A stretch of 64,000 nt of DNA from NCBI GenBank assembly GCA_049512075.1, contig JBEKXL010000002.1:32001-96000 (forward strand), read 5' to 3'. Each line of letters starts with the position of its first letter. Position 1 is the stretch's first letter. Below are positions 39,562-47,678 of this stretch, one piece after another. Below the pieces are notes generated by a model that worked only from the letters and a program-made list of their open reading frames with translations, searched no databases and was not told the origin of the DNA. The translations under genes were made by a program, and so were the position numbers. The stretch comes from Candidatus Bathyarchaeia archaeon (GTDB lineage: Archaea; Thermoproteota; Bathyarchaeia; Bathyarchaeales; Bathycorpusculaceae).

Positions 39562-42500
39562 CTAGCGCGGGCTAAATAGACTCTTCCTCAGTATGTCTGC
39601 ATCCTTTAGTGCCATAATTAACGCAGCCAAAGAAAGGTCGCCCATATTTGTCTTGCCTTGGGACAAGGTAACCATCTTCGCATTTCGGGCATGCTTTCGC
39701 CTGAAAAGAGCATTTATCATTGGAGCACAGATATTTTGAGTTATCCTTGTATAGAAAACCGTTGCCACCTTCTGAGTAATCCTCTCTGCATTTTGGACAA
39801 CTCCTCGGAACATAGCTGCAATACGGGCTGTTGCTACATTCGTACCATCCGCGCATTTCATTCCTAACAATAATTCCAGTTGTGCAGACTGGACAATTAA
39901 TACTCCTTTTCAGCTTCTGCCCAGTTGTATTAATCTCATAACCGTTATTTTCTATCTCAGTGACAAAAGTTGAAACATTGAATGGTTCATCAACAACTAA
40001 GTAGACATGCTTTCGAGCTCTTGTGATTGCCACATAGAATAGTCGTCTTTCTTCGGCGTTCGGGAAATTTTCACTTTTGGCCTTAACCAAATCCAATACA
40101 GGGTCATTTTCGATTTGGCAAGGAAAACCGCGTTCTCCGCTTCTTAACCCTATTACTATGACAGAATGGACTGTGCGTCCTTTTGACTTATGTATTGTCG
40201 TGTACTCTATCTCAAGCTTAGGATTATTCAATATTAATTCGTCGATATTACTTGGTTTTCCTATTTCTTCATACCTGTTTAATATCAAGATTTTTTCTTT
40301 TTCTTGGGCGTCTCGATTTATTTCTTGAATTATTCTTTCGAGTGCGGATTCCGTTTTTTCTTTGACAATGGTCACAGCAGGTTTATTGTCTTTCTTTTTG
40401 CTTATGATTTGTTTGCGTATCTGGTATGAGTTTTCAAGGATAAATCTGGTTGAAAAGTCACACAATTTGTCGCTGAATCTGTGGGTCTCCTGTACTAATC
40501 GTATTTCGCTGGGACCAAAATATCTTTCGAAATGAGTCATAATAGAGATATCGCTACCTGCGAACCGATTGATTGACTGCCAATCATCACCCACGCAGAA
40601 GAGTTTGGAGTTATTTTGGTTAAGCAAGGCTTTTAGAAACCTGTATCTACTTTGCGAAATGTCCTGAAACTCATCAACTAATACATATTGGAATGGAGAT
40701 ACGTACTTGTTCTGTTCAATCAAGTTGGTAGCTTTGTTGATCATGTCGTTGAAGTCAATTTCGCCATTTTGCCAAAGACATTCTTCATAGTCTTTGTAAA
40801 TGACTGAGAATATATCTAGGAAAGCTTTTGTTCTCGTATCATCTGGACTAATTTCGCTTTTCAGTGTCTCGAGACTTTTTCCACTTGACTTGAACAAGTT
40901 TAGGAAGGTAGACAGAAGCGAGGCTAGAGAATTGACTTTGCCCATTTCGTTCAATTTATCGAAAATTTGATTACTTGGGAGTGGAGCAAATACTACTCCT
41001 CGTCTTAAAAGTTCCGTTTCGAGCTTTTTCAACAGGTTGCCCGCCTGCCTTTCGTAGGTGAAGGTTTTGATCAATGTCGTTTCGTTCTTCTCATGCAGGG
41101 CAACTTTCCAATTCATGTCTGCTATGTACTTTTCCCGTGGAACCCAGGGCGCTGTTCCTCCATTTTCATCTATGCCGAAATGCTCTATGTAAATTCCTGA
41201 TTCTGGAAGGGTGAAATCGGGTTTGTATTGACCGTGCTCTGCATCCGATGTTTTTTCTTTATAGGGGTGTTCGTAGATGTAATTTACTCCGTTTACGTAG
41301 AGGAAATTGGCAATTTCGCATTCTTCAAGACTCTCCACCCTATGCCCTTGCAGTGCGCGGGTTCCGTTATCCCTTAGGTATTGATAGTATTCTCCCAGAG
41401 AGTTGAACTCGAATATGCTCCTATACATTTGGAAATTCCAAAGGAAGTAATCATTAATGAGTCTGGCAAAATTCTCTTCTTTCATTCTATTTCTTATCAA
41501 TTCAAGAATTCTTGATTTGGAGGCAAGCTCATCTTTTGCTAAGGGGGATAGGGTTGGCATGTCCTTTTTTGACTTGCCAATTATTCCACGTCCTAAGCTG
41601 TGAAACGTCTTCACTGTAAACTTGATACCAGTTTTATTGTTGACTTTCTTTTCATTCTCCTTAGCAACAGACTTGTTGAAAGCTATGAGTAGTATGTTTT
41701 CTGGAGCTGCCAGTCCTTTTGACACTATATAGAACGCTTTTCCTAAGAGGGTTGTAGATTTTCCAGTTCCTGCGCCTGCAACTACAAGGTTATTGGCTTC
41801 GTCTACGACAATTGCTCTTTTTTGTTCTTCAGTCAAAGTATTTCCATCGATTTTTTCAAATAACTCGGATTTTAGAATCTCTTCTTCAACATAACTCTTA
41901 TTACGCTCTCCTAAGAGCCGCTCACCATCGTTATGGATTGATACAACTAAGTCAAGCGAATCCTGAAAATCGATTTCTGTGACACCTTTTGCCTTACATT
42001 GTTCGGCGATGGGGACTAGGTTTCTCCATTGTTCTTTCCACGACTTCAGTTCTCTCTTGGAGAAGTATTGTTGCCTATTATAGAGTGATGTGAAGTCTTT
42101 CTCAGCTTGCAAAAATGTTTCTCCAAGTTTCATTGTTTTCTGTTTTAGTATGTTTCTTTCAAGCTTCTCGTTATAGCCAATAACAAACTGCCTTGACTGC
42201 GCTATTTCACTAAGTGTTGAAGAAATGAGTTCTGAATCAAGAAAGTTCAAGGGCTTCAGGTATTCCATATCCGCTTTGAATGTCCCAAAAAGATTCAGTA
42301 ATTTCTCCTCTTGTTCGTTTGACAAGAATTCGTGATGGGCCTCGATGGCTTTAAGTTGCTGTCTTTGAACCTCCAAAGTGTCCCTGATGCGAGATTCAAC
42401 GTTCTTTGTCAGAAGAGCTTTCTGCGTCTCATATTGCAGTATGTGCTGATCGACGTCTCTATAAATGAAACGGCCAATTCCAATTTTCTTCAAGATTCTG

Positions 42501-42677
42501 CGAATACGCTTAGCTCTCATTAGTTTAACGATTTGCCGGTGTAGATTTTTCAACTCTTCAACTGCCGATCGCAACGGCATCGTTTCAGTCACTGATTTTC
42601 AGGCCACCGCGATCCCCATTACATTTCTTATCTTATATTGAGTTTTCCAAATTAGCGTTAGTTAGCCCGCGCGCTAG
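39562..42677. mobile_element. Inverted-repeat-bounded unit carrying the helicase gene, no transposase
   Basis: Left CTAGCGCGGGCTAAATA (39562) vs reverse complement of right end CTAGCGCGCGGGCTAACTA (from 42677). Confidence 0.5.
39572..42592 (-). CDS. UvrD/helicase IV-like SF1 helicase with embedded PD-(D/E)xK-like domain and C-terminal topoisomerase-type Zn ribbons
   Basis: AGAGTGKST, TFHSLG, VDEFQD, VGDDWQSI.RF, TIHKSKG, EERRLFYVAITRA; insert IANFL...YE.PY...YKPDF..IEHFG; repeated CP.C. Confidence 0.92.
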   Translation of the reverse strand: MTETMPLRSAVEELKNLHRQIVKLMRAKRIRRILKKIGIGRFIYRDVDQHILQYETQKALLTKNVESRIRDTLEVQRQQLKAIEAHHEFLSNEQEEKLLNLFGTFKADMEYLKPLNFLDSELISSTLSEIAQSRQFVIGYNEKLERNILKQKTMKLGETFLQAEKDFTSLYNRQQYFSKRELKSWKEQWRNLVPIAEQCKAKGVTEIDFQDSLDLVVSIHNDGERLLGERNKSYVEEEILKSELFEKIDGNTLTEEQKRAIVVDEANNLVVAGAGTGKSTTLLGKAFYIVSKGLAAPENILLIAFNKSVAKENEKKVNNKTGIKFTVKTFHSLGRGIIGKSKKDMPTLSPLAKDELASKSRILELIRNRMKEENFARLINDYFLWNFQMYRSIFEFNSLGEYYQYLRDNGTRALQGHRVESLEECEIANFLYVNGVNYIYEHPYKEKTSDAEHGQYKPDFTLPESGIYIEHFGIDENGGTAPWVPREKYIADMNWKVALHEKNETTLIKTFTYERQAGNLLKKLETELLRRGVVFAPLPSNQIFDKLNEMGKVNSLASLLSTFLNLFKSSGKSLETLKSEISPDDTRTKAFLDIFSVIYKDYEECLWQNGEIDFNDMINKATNLIEQNKYVSPFQYVLVDEFQDISQSRYRFLKALLNQNNSKLFCVGDDWQSINRFAGSDISIMTHFERYFGPSEIRLVQETHRFSDKLCDFSTRFILENSYQIRKQIISKKKDNKPAVTIVKEKTESALERIIQEINRDAQEKEKILILNRYEEIGKPSNIDELILNNPKLEIEYTTIHKSKGRTVHSVIVIGLRSGERGFPCQIENDPVLDLVKAKSENFPNAEERRLFYVAITRARKHVYLVVDEPFNVSTFVTEIENNGYEINTTGQKLKRSINCPVCTTGIIVRNEMRGWYECSNSPYCSYVPRSCPKCREDYSEGGNGFLYKDNSKYLCSNDKCSFQAKACPKCEDGYLVPRQDKYGRPFFGCVNYGTKGCRHTEEESI

Positions 42678-42846
42678 CTCCACGCTAACGTACTGTTTCC
42701 TTGCTAACTAACTAACCCCCTACTGTGATCTCCATTATTGTTTATTTTTGGCCGTGTTTTGCAAAATTAGCCTAGTTAGCTGGTTAGCAAAGGATCAATA
42801 CTATACGAAGATGTATAGCACAACCTAAGCTAACTTGCTAACTAAC
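42657..42846. repeat. CTAAC/GTTAG short-repeat cluster
   Basis: GTTAGTTAGC 42657, GCTAAC 42685, GCTAACTAACTAAC 42703, TAGTTAGC 42773, GGTTAGC 42782, GCTAAC 42829, GCTAACTAAC 42837. Confidence 0.7.
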
Positions 42847-42903
42847 CGTAAGGGTGGCAAAATCAGTGACCCGTAGAGTAGGTGACCATGGCATTGGTTG
42901 GTT

Positions 42904-42920
42904 GGGGTAAAGTTTACCCC
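42904..42920. repeat. 17-bp palindrome GGGGTAAAGTTTACCCC (copy 1)
   Basis: Perfect 8-bp arms; 16/17 copy at 47490-47506. Confidence 0.8.
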
Positions 42921-43229
42921 TTAGAACGCACGCACGCTCTCTCGCTCTCTACTACTCTCTGCTTCTTACTCGCACAACACCATGCCCTTTACCTTCCAAC
43001 CTACCTACATATACATACCTACCTAGTGACACTCGCACGCTGTGCGAGTGTGATCATATAAAACGGGGGGAGAGGAGAGACACACGAGCACAAACACGCA
43101 CAAGAGAGAGACAAGACTATCTACGGCGGCTACTAGGTGTAGTTGTTTTCTGCTTTTGTGTGCTGCTACTACTATTAGTTAACCTAGTACACCTTGTTTT
43201 CTGACGCTCAAGCAAGCGTTGATTCTGAA

Positions 43230-43395
43230 TAGCGCGCTAGCGTGTTCCTAAATTCCCTTTTCTGGGCGTGACGAGTTGGTTCATGTCCTACAGACGATAC
43301 TTCTCGCATCAATAGTCACACGGTCATCCACGAACCAAGCGAGCCTATAACAAAAACCAGCTCGCGAATGAATTTAGGAACAGGCATGCGCGCTA
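43230..43395. mobile_element. 166-bp MITE-like element with 26-bp terminal inverted repeats
   Basis: TAGCGCGCTAGCGTGTTCCTAAATTC (43230-43255) vs revcomp of 43370-43395 TAGCGCGCATGCCTGTTCCTAAATTC, 23/26; internal IR 43272-43281 / 43355-43364, 9/10. Confidence 0.75.
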
Positions 43396-43554
43396 GACAG
43401 CGGATTCTTCGACAATCTAGTAACCACTGACGACTTGAACGGCATAGACAACGACAAGGTGATCAGCATCATTCAGGACATCAAGAGCGATAGTCTGAAG
43501 GTTTCAAAAAGCGACAAATTCTCGAAACATCACTATGAGCTCTGCACAAATTAA
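43393..43554 (+). pseudogene. Start-less coding fragment between two junction motifs
   Basis: Open 53 codons LDSGFFDNLVTTDDLNGIDNDKVISIIQDIKSD...HHYELCTN-stop beginning at the MITE end. Confidence 0.4.
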
Positions 43555-43588
43555 GGGTCGAAACTCGCCCTAGTCAACCGCCTGAAAC

Positions 43589-46500
43589 GCCTAGCGCGCG
43601 CACTACTGTTGCGAGTGCTCTTGAGAGTACGAGAACCACCCAGTTGTTTTCGCTAGCCGGACTTTCAGTTCACAACCCTGCGTGCTCAGAACCCTCAGAT
43701 TGAGTTTTGTAGCCTTCACTTGGTCCTCTGTTCCAGCCATGAGTAACGCAAGCAATGCGTAGATCTTGCGGTATTCCAGACCAACAATGCCTTCCATGTA
43801 TTCTTGATCGTCTAGTGGAAACTTCAATTGATCCTTCCCCTCAAACGCTTCTATGAACCTCTCCACTTCCATTTTTGTCAGTTCGATCGGTGTCAGTGTT
43901 TCGCGATCCTTAAAATTACCGAAACTGAAAAGGGAATCACTTGGACTTGCGAACCTGAAGCAGTCAGGTTTCAGAAGCCTCAAATATGCGTTGTTCATGT
44001 CCATCATGAAGCGCATAGATTTTTGCAGGAAACTGTAAACATAATCTTGCTCAGGTGCTCCTATCGAATCTTCCTTCATATGCGCCACTCTTATATTGAA
44101 GTCAGCGAATGTGGCAAGATAACTGTCCAATTCTTGTTCACTCCCCTTAAAAATGGACGTGAATAAACAATTCCAGTTATGTCGTCCTTCCGGGCTACCA
44201 TGCATTCCTGTCATCAAATTCCTGTATTGCCCTCGATTCAATTGCTGAAACTCATTGCGGGACACTGAAAAACCTTTGGATGTCTCCTGTTCAATGTTCT
44301 TGGCTATGTACTTTCTGGAGTCTGCGTCAAGAAATCTCATTCTGTTCTCAAAGCTGCCATACAATATCGTGAAGACATTGTACAGAAAGGTCCGAAGTTT
44401 TCTCTCTGTTACCCTTGTCAATCTGCCAGCGACTTCGTCATATCGGTTCTCTCTCCACAAATCTCTACATTCATGAAGCAATCTTATCTCGTCATTTTTC
44501 AGACCAACTAAGGGTATGTGCAGCTGTTGGGATTTCTCATATTCTTCCTTAAAGAAGTTGAAGACCAATGGGAAAGCTTCTCGATAGATTGACACAACCT
44601 GGGCCACGAGTCTCCTTTTGTCTTCATATTCCAAAGCAACTGCCCTTGTGAACTGCTGTATAACTTCTGGTGACCACCAAAAATCCTTCCAGAAGGACAG
44701 AATCTGCAAATCACTACCTCCGATAGATCTTGGGATTTTCTCATATGCTTGATATGTAGTGGTCAGCTTTGCAAGCGAAGTCTTGCATCTTTCTACAAGT
44801 GCATTTGCTTCTTCTTCACTGTCTAGGTATTTGTAACCTGACTCTATTATTTCACAATGAAGATTTCGGGCACTCTCTAGATGCTCACGAACCAAATCGT
44901 GTTTCATCTTGGATAGCATAGCGTCAAGACTCTGGATTTCTTCACTTCTTAGTTTCAGTTTTCTTTTCTCCGCTTGAGATTCTACAAAGTACAGTCTTGG
45001 CAAATAATCCTCCAAAGACAAATTGTAACGTCGTATTATCTGCCCGTTCACATGTAGCAATTCTTTCGAGATTCTCCAGACTAGTCTGCCCTCATCCACT
45101 TTCCGTATGAGACCTGCACGGGCGAGTTGCTGAAGAAAAGGTGCCTCTTGTTCTCGAATCTCAGAGTCTGGCAAGCTTTTCCTCTCATATATGGACACGA
45201 GTACTTCAAAGCATCGTCTTTTTTGAGCCGGCTTGAGTCCTTTAGCTCCATACAAAAGCTTATTGATTTGCCTTCTTGCCGCGTCGTCCTTCTCCAAAAC
45301 TGATTTTATCTCTTCTAGTGTGCTTACAGGAATCTTGACGGGATTAGCACTGAGCGCATCAAAATGATTAGCCTCGAATTCATTGATGACCTCACGCATT
45401 ATTCTTCTGAATGTTATTTCCTGTCCATTGTACTGCAGTCCCTTGTAGATCTTCTCAATGAAACGACGTTCCAGCTGACGAGGATTATCAGGGTTTTTTG
45501 CAAACGCTCGCAATCTCCTGTTAATGGCGTCGTGTGCAATATCCATCTTCAGCGGAGGTATGCGTTCTAGTGCATGCACAGAGCCAGAGAAAAGTGGGTC
45601 GTTTGTCATCTTCTTCTCCCATTCAAGTGAACCAGCAACAAAAAAGGCAATGTTCAATTTGGATTCCCTACGCAGTTTCGATCCAAGCACCTGAAGGTGG
45701 CTCATAAATCTCATCGCCTTTTCCAGATCACCTTTGTGTAAATCATCGATGAAAACTACGAAACCTTTTGCGAAACGCTCAATCTTCTGATCAGCCAGCG
45801 CAATAAGAAGCTGTGCAATCGCCTTCTCATCATCTGAAGCATCTAAGGATGGCAGACCCCTACCCGTCAGGACAGAATACAAACGAATTAGTTCCGTGTT
45901 CAGTTGCCGTCTGAACTCAAAAACCAACTCGCGGACCTCAAACTCTCCTCCAAGCTGGATGTAAATTGGGTATATCCTGCAATCATATAGCAAAGGCTCG
46001 ACATATTCAAAGAAAGTTGTCTTTCCAGAACCAAATTGGCCAAAGACAACGATATTTCTGAAAAGGTCTTTCGGGTTCTTTTCAATCAGGGTCACATACT
46101 TGTTGAAAATCTCCGTCTTGCATACAACCTGATCATACAGGGCACGGTCAATTTCCTCAAGCCCTTCTAGTCGGTGAAAAGGGTCTTCCCTCAGACCTAG
46201 CTTATTCCACCAAGGCACATATGGTATGTCTAGATCTGAGGACTCTCCGTTTTCAGGTATTTCAGGAACCATGTAGTCTTCTTCATCTAGAATTGATGGA
46301 ACGGAAAAATATTGTTCTGTCCTTTCCGCAATCTCTTGATCCAATTCTTGGAGTTCTTCTTTCTTTTCTTGAATGACCTCCTCTCTAGCTTGTTTTTTAA
46401 ATTCCTCTTTCAGTTTCTCTCCATATTCTGCCTCTTTGATTTTTGACACGTCGACTAAAGGTTCGTTCTTCTCAAGTTTGAGGCGTAGCCTCTCACGATA

Positions 46501-47069
46501 ATAGGTCTTATTTGACACTTTATCTCTGAAAAAAGGCAGGGCCAGAATACTTTCGAGGTCACTCTCATTTCCAATCTGGGCGCTGTTAATCATTCCCTCC
46601 AGAATTTCTGCGGCAATGTCAGAGTCTTTGGGGACGCTCCGCTCTCTAGCGAATTTCAAGAAGAATTCCTGTTTGAGCCTTTTGAATACCTCAGCGGGAA
46701 AAGGATCGACTCGGAACATTGCCGAATTTCGCTTTATGAACAAACGAATGGCTTCGCGCCTGTCCAAGATATTCGCATCCTTAACTCATCAAAAGTTATA
46801 TCCGTTGTCGAATTTAAGGTTGTGGCAAGTGTGACCTGGAGCGCGCAGGCGTGCTAAACTCCGAAGAGTTATCATAACCGTATGAAGGATGTTTTATTTA
46901 TTTACGACCAAAACAACAACCCGTAAGAGAATCAGAGAAGATGTAAGGATTCGAATCCTCACCTTATACCAGAATCAATGTTGAGACCTGACTTGCAACC
47001 TAACTGAATTAAACTTGCGTGGGCTTTCATTTCTTAGTAAATTACAAGCAACAGTCGCGCGCGCTAGGC
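43589..47069. mobile_element. TIR-bounded 3.48-kb unit carrying the P-loop ATPase gene, no transposase
   Basis: Perfect 13-bp IR GCCTAGCGCGCGC (43589-43601 / 47057-47069), followed inward on both sides by ACTGTTGC. Confidence 0.6.
43603..46767 (-). CDS. Large P-loop NTPase with probable C-terminal Swt1-like HEPN domain
   Basis: LGLREDPF, Walker A GQFGSGKT, Walker B VVFIDDLH; C-terminal ERKLRTFL...YG...NW..LF..IF...NIRVAH. Confidence 0.75.
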   Translation of the reverse strand: MDRREAIRLFIKRNSAMFRVDPFPAEVFKRLKQEFFLKFARERSVPKDSDIAAEILEGMINSAQIGNESDLESILALPFFRDKVSNKTYYRERLRLKLEKNEPLVDVSKIKEAEYGEKLKEEFKKQAREEVIQEKKEELQELDQEIAERTEQYFSVPSILDEEDYMVPEIPENGESSDLDIPYVPWWNKLGLREDPFHRLEGLEEIDRALYDQVVCKTEIFNKYVTLIEKNPKDLFRNIVVFGQFGSGKTTFFEYVEPLLYDCRIYPIYIQLGGEFEVRELVFEFRRQLNTELIRLYSVLTGRGLPSLDASDDEKAIAQLLIALADQKIERFAKGFVVFIDDLHKGDLEKAMRFMSHLQVLGSKLRRESKLNIAFFVAGSLEWEKKMTNDPLFSGSVHALERIPPLKMDIAHDAINRRLRAFAKNPDNPRQLERRFIEKIYKGLQYNGQEITFRRIMREVINEFEANHFDALSANPVKIPVSTLEEIKSVLEKDDAARRQINKLLYGAKGLKPAQKRRCFEVLVSIYERKSLPDSEIREQEAPFLQQLARAGLIRKVDEGRLVWRISKELLHVNGQIIRRYNLSLEDYLPRLYFVESQAEKRKLKLRSEEIQSLDAMLSKMKHDLVREHLESARNLHCEIIESGYKYLDSEEEANALVERCKTSLAKLTTTYQAYEKIPRSIGGSDLQILSFWKDFWWSPEVIQQFTRAVALEYEDKRRLVAQVVSIYREAFPLVFNFFKEEYEKSQQLHIPLVGLKNDEIRLLHECRDLWRENRYDEVAGRLTRVTERKLRTFLYNVFTILYGSFENRMRFLDADSRKYIAKNIEQETSKGFSVSRNEFQQLNRGQYRNLMTGMHGSPEGRHNWNCLFTSIFKGSEQELDSYLATFADFNIRVAHMKEDSIGAPEQDYVYSFLQKSMRFMMDMNNAYLRLLKPDCFRFASPSDSLFSFGNFKDRETLTPIELTKMEVERFIEAFEGKDQLKFPLDDQEYMEGIVGLEYRKIYALLALLMAGTEDQVKATKLNLRVLSTQGCELKVRLAKTTGWFSYSQEHSQQ

Positions 47070-47110
47070 AATATTGCTATGAGAAAAAAGAAGGGGCAGA
47101 TATTTTTGTT

Positions 47111-47416
47111 CTATTTCAGGAAGAGTTTCGCGCTTTCTTCAAGAGTCATTACTGGAAAAACTTCATTGTTGTGGAGCGCCCCCCAAGCCATCATTTCAGG
47201 TTCCATCGAAAGTTTCATCAATGCCTCGAAGCTTGCATCCCACAAAAATACAAAGCGGTGATTTCCCCCATCATGCCATCCCCCGACAAGCTTAACACCG
47301 TGCTTCTTTGTTAGTTTATCCAGTTTTGCGCTGAGGTTGCTACTTGCCTTCATCGCTTTCTCATTGTTCAGCGGACAACTTTCAGGCGAATGTCTTGAAA
47401 TCTGCATAAAGAGCAT
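47111..47416 (-). CDS. Small hypothetical protein (DUF3303/GYD-like)
   Basis: MLFM..SRHSPESCP, GVKLVGGW, PVMTLEES; TATA-like element upstream. Confidence 0.7.
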   Translation of the reverse strand: MLFMQISRHSPESCPLNNEKAMKASSNLSAKLDKLTKKHGVKLVGGWHDGGNHRFVFLWDASFEALMKLSMEPEMMAWGALHNNEVFPVMTLEESAKLFLK

Positions 47417-47489
47417 AATACAACCTTCTAGGACAACTGTTTGCTTGTCTAAGTATATATAATGTTCGCATCGCGTCTTTGTGTGTGTG

Positions 47490-47506
47490 GGGGTTAAGTT
47501 TACCCC
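47490..47506. repeat. 17-bp palindrome GGGGTTAAGTTTACCCC (copy 2)
   Basis: 16/17 to 42904-42920, near island right end. Confidence 0.8.
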
Positions 47507-47678
47507 AACCCAAATTCTTAATCCACCACTCTCTTACACATACACTCACTCAGCGCGCACAGAAAGAGTCTCTAAGGCCAGCTAGGGCAGTAAAGTATCG
47601 AAAAGTAGTGCCTAAATATATATATGCTTGTAGCTTAAGAATGGCTCTGTAGTTAGTCAGTTGCAGGTTGGCTTGCAC

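Larger units (their letters stand above)
31980..47560. mobile_element. Composite accessory/defence island, modules delimited by TA-(GC)n-TA motifs
   Basis: AT-richer sequence, defence-type genes, truncated genes, inverted repeats; lies between core nadK/dockerin and eif5a; exact ends uncertain, no integrase or transposase seen. Confidence 0.7.

Noticed and set aside
46943-46971. tRNA 3'-end remnant / att site (GGATTCGAATCCTCACCTTATACCA)
   Set aside because: T-stem pairs poorly, G53 is missing and CCA spacing is off by one; explained as a 14-bp palindrome.
31900-47560. Intact casposon
   Set aside because: No family B polymerase, cas1 appears 5'-truncated, and no TIR+TSD pair enclosing cas1 was found.
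31862-47678. CRISPR array near cas1
   Set aside because: No regularly spaced 25-40 bp repeats with unique spacers found by eye in any intergenic region.
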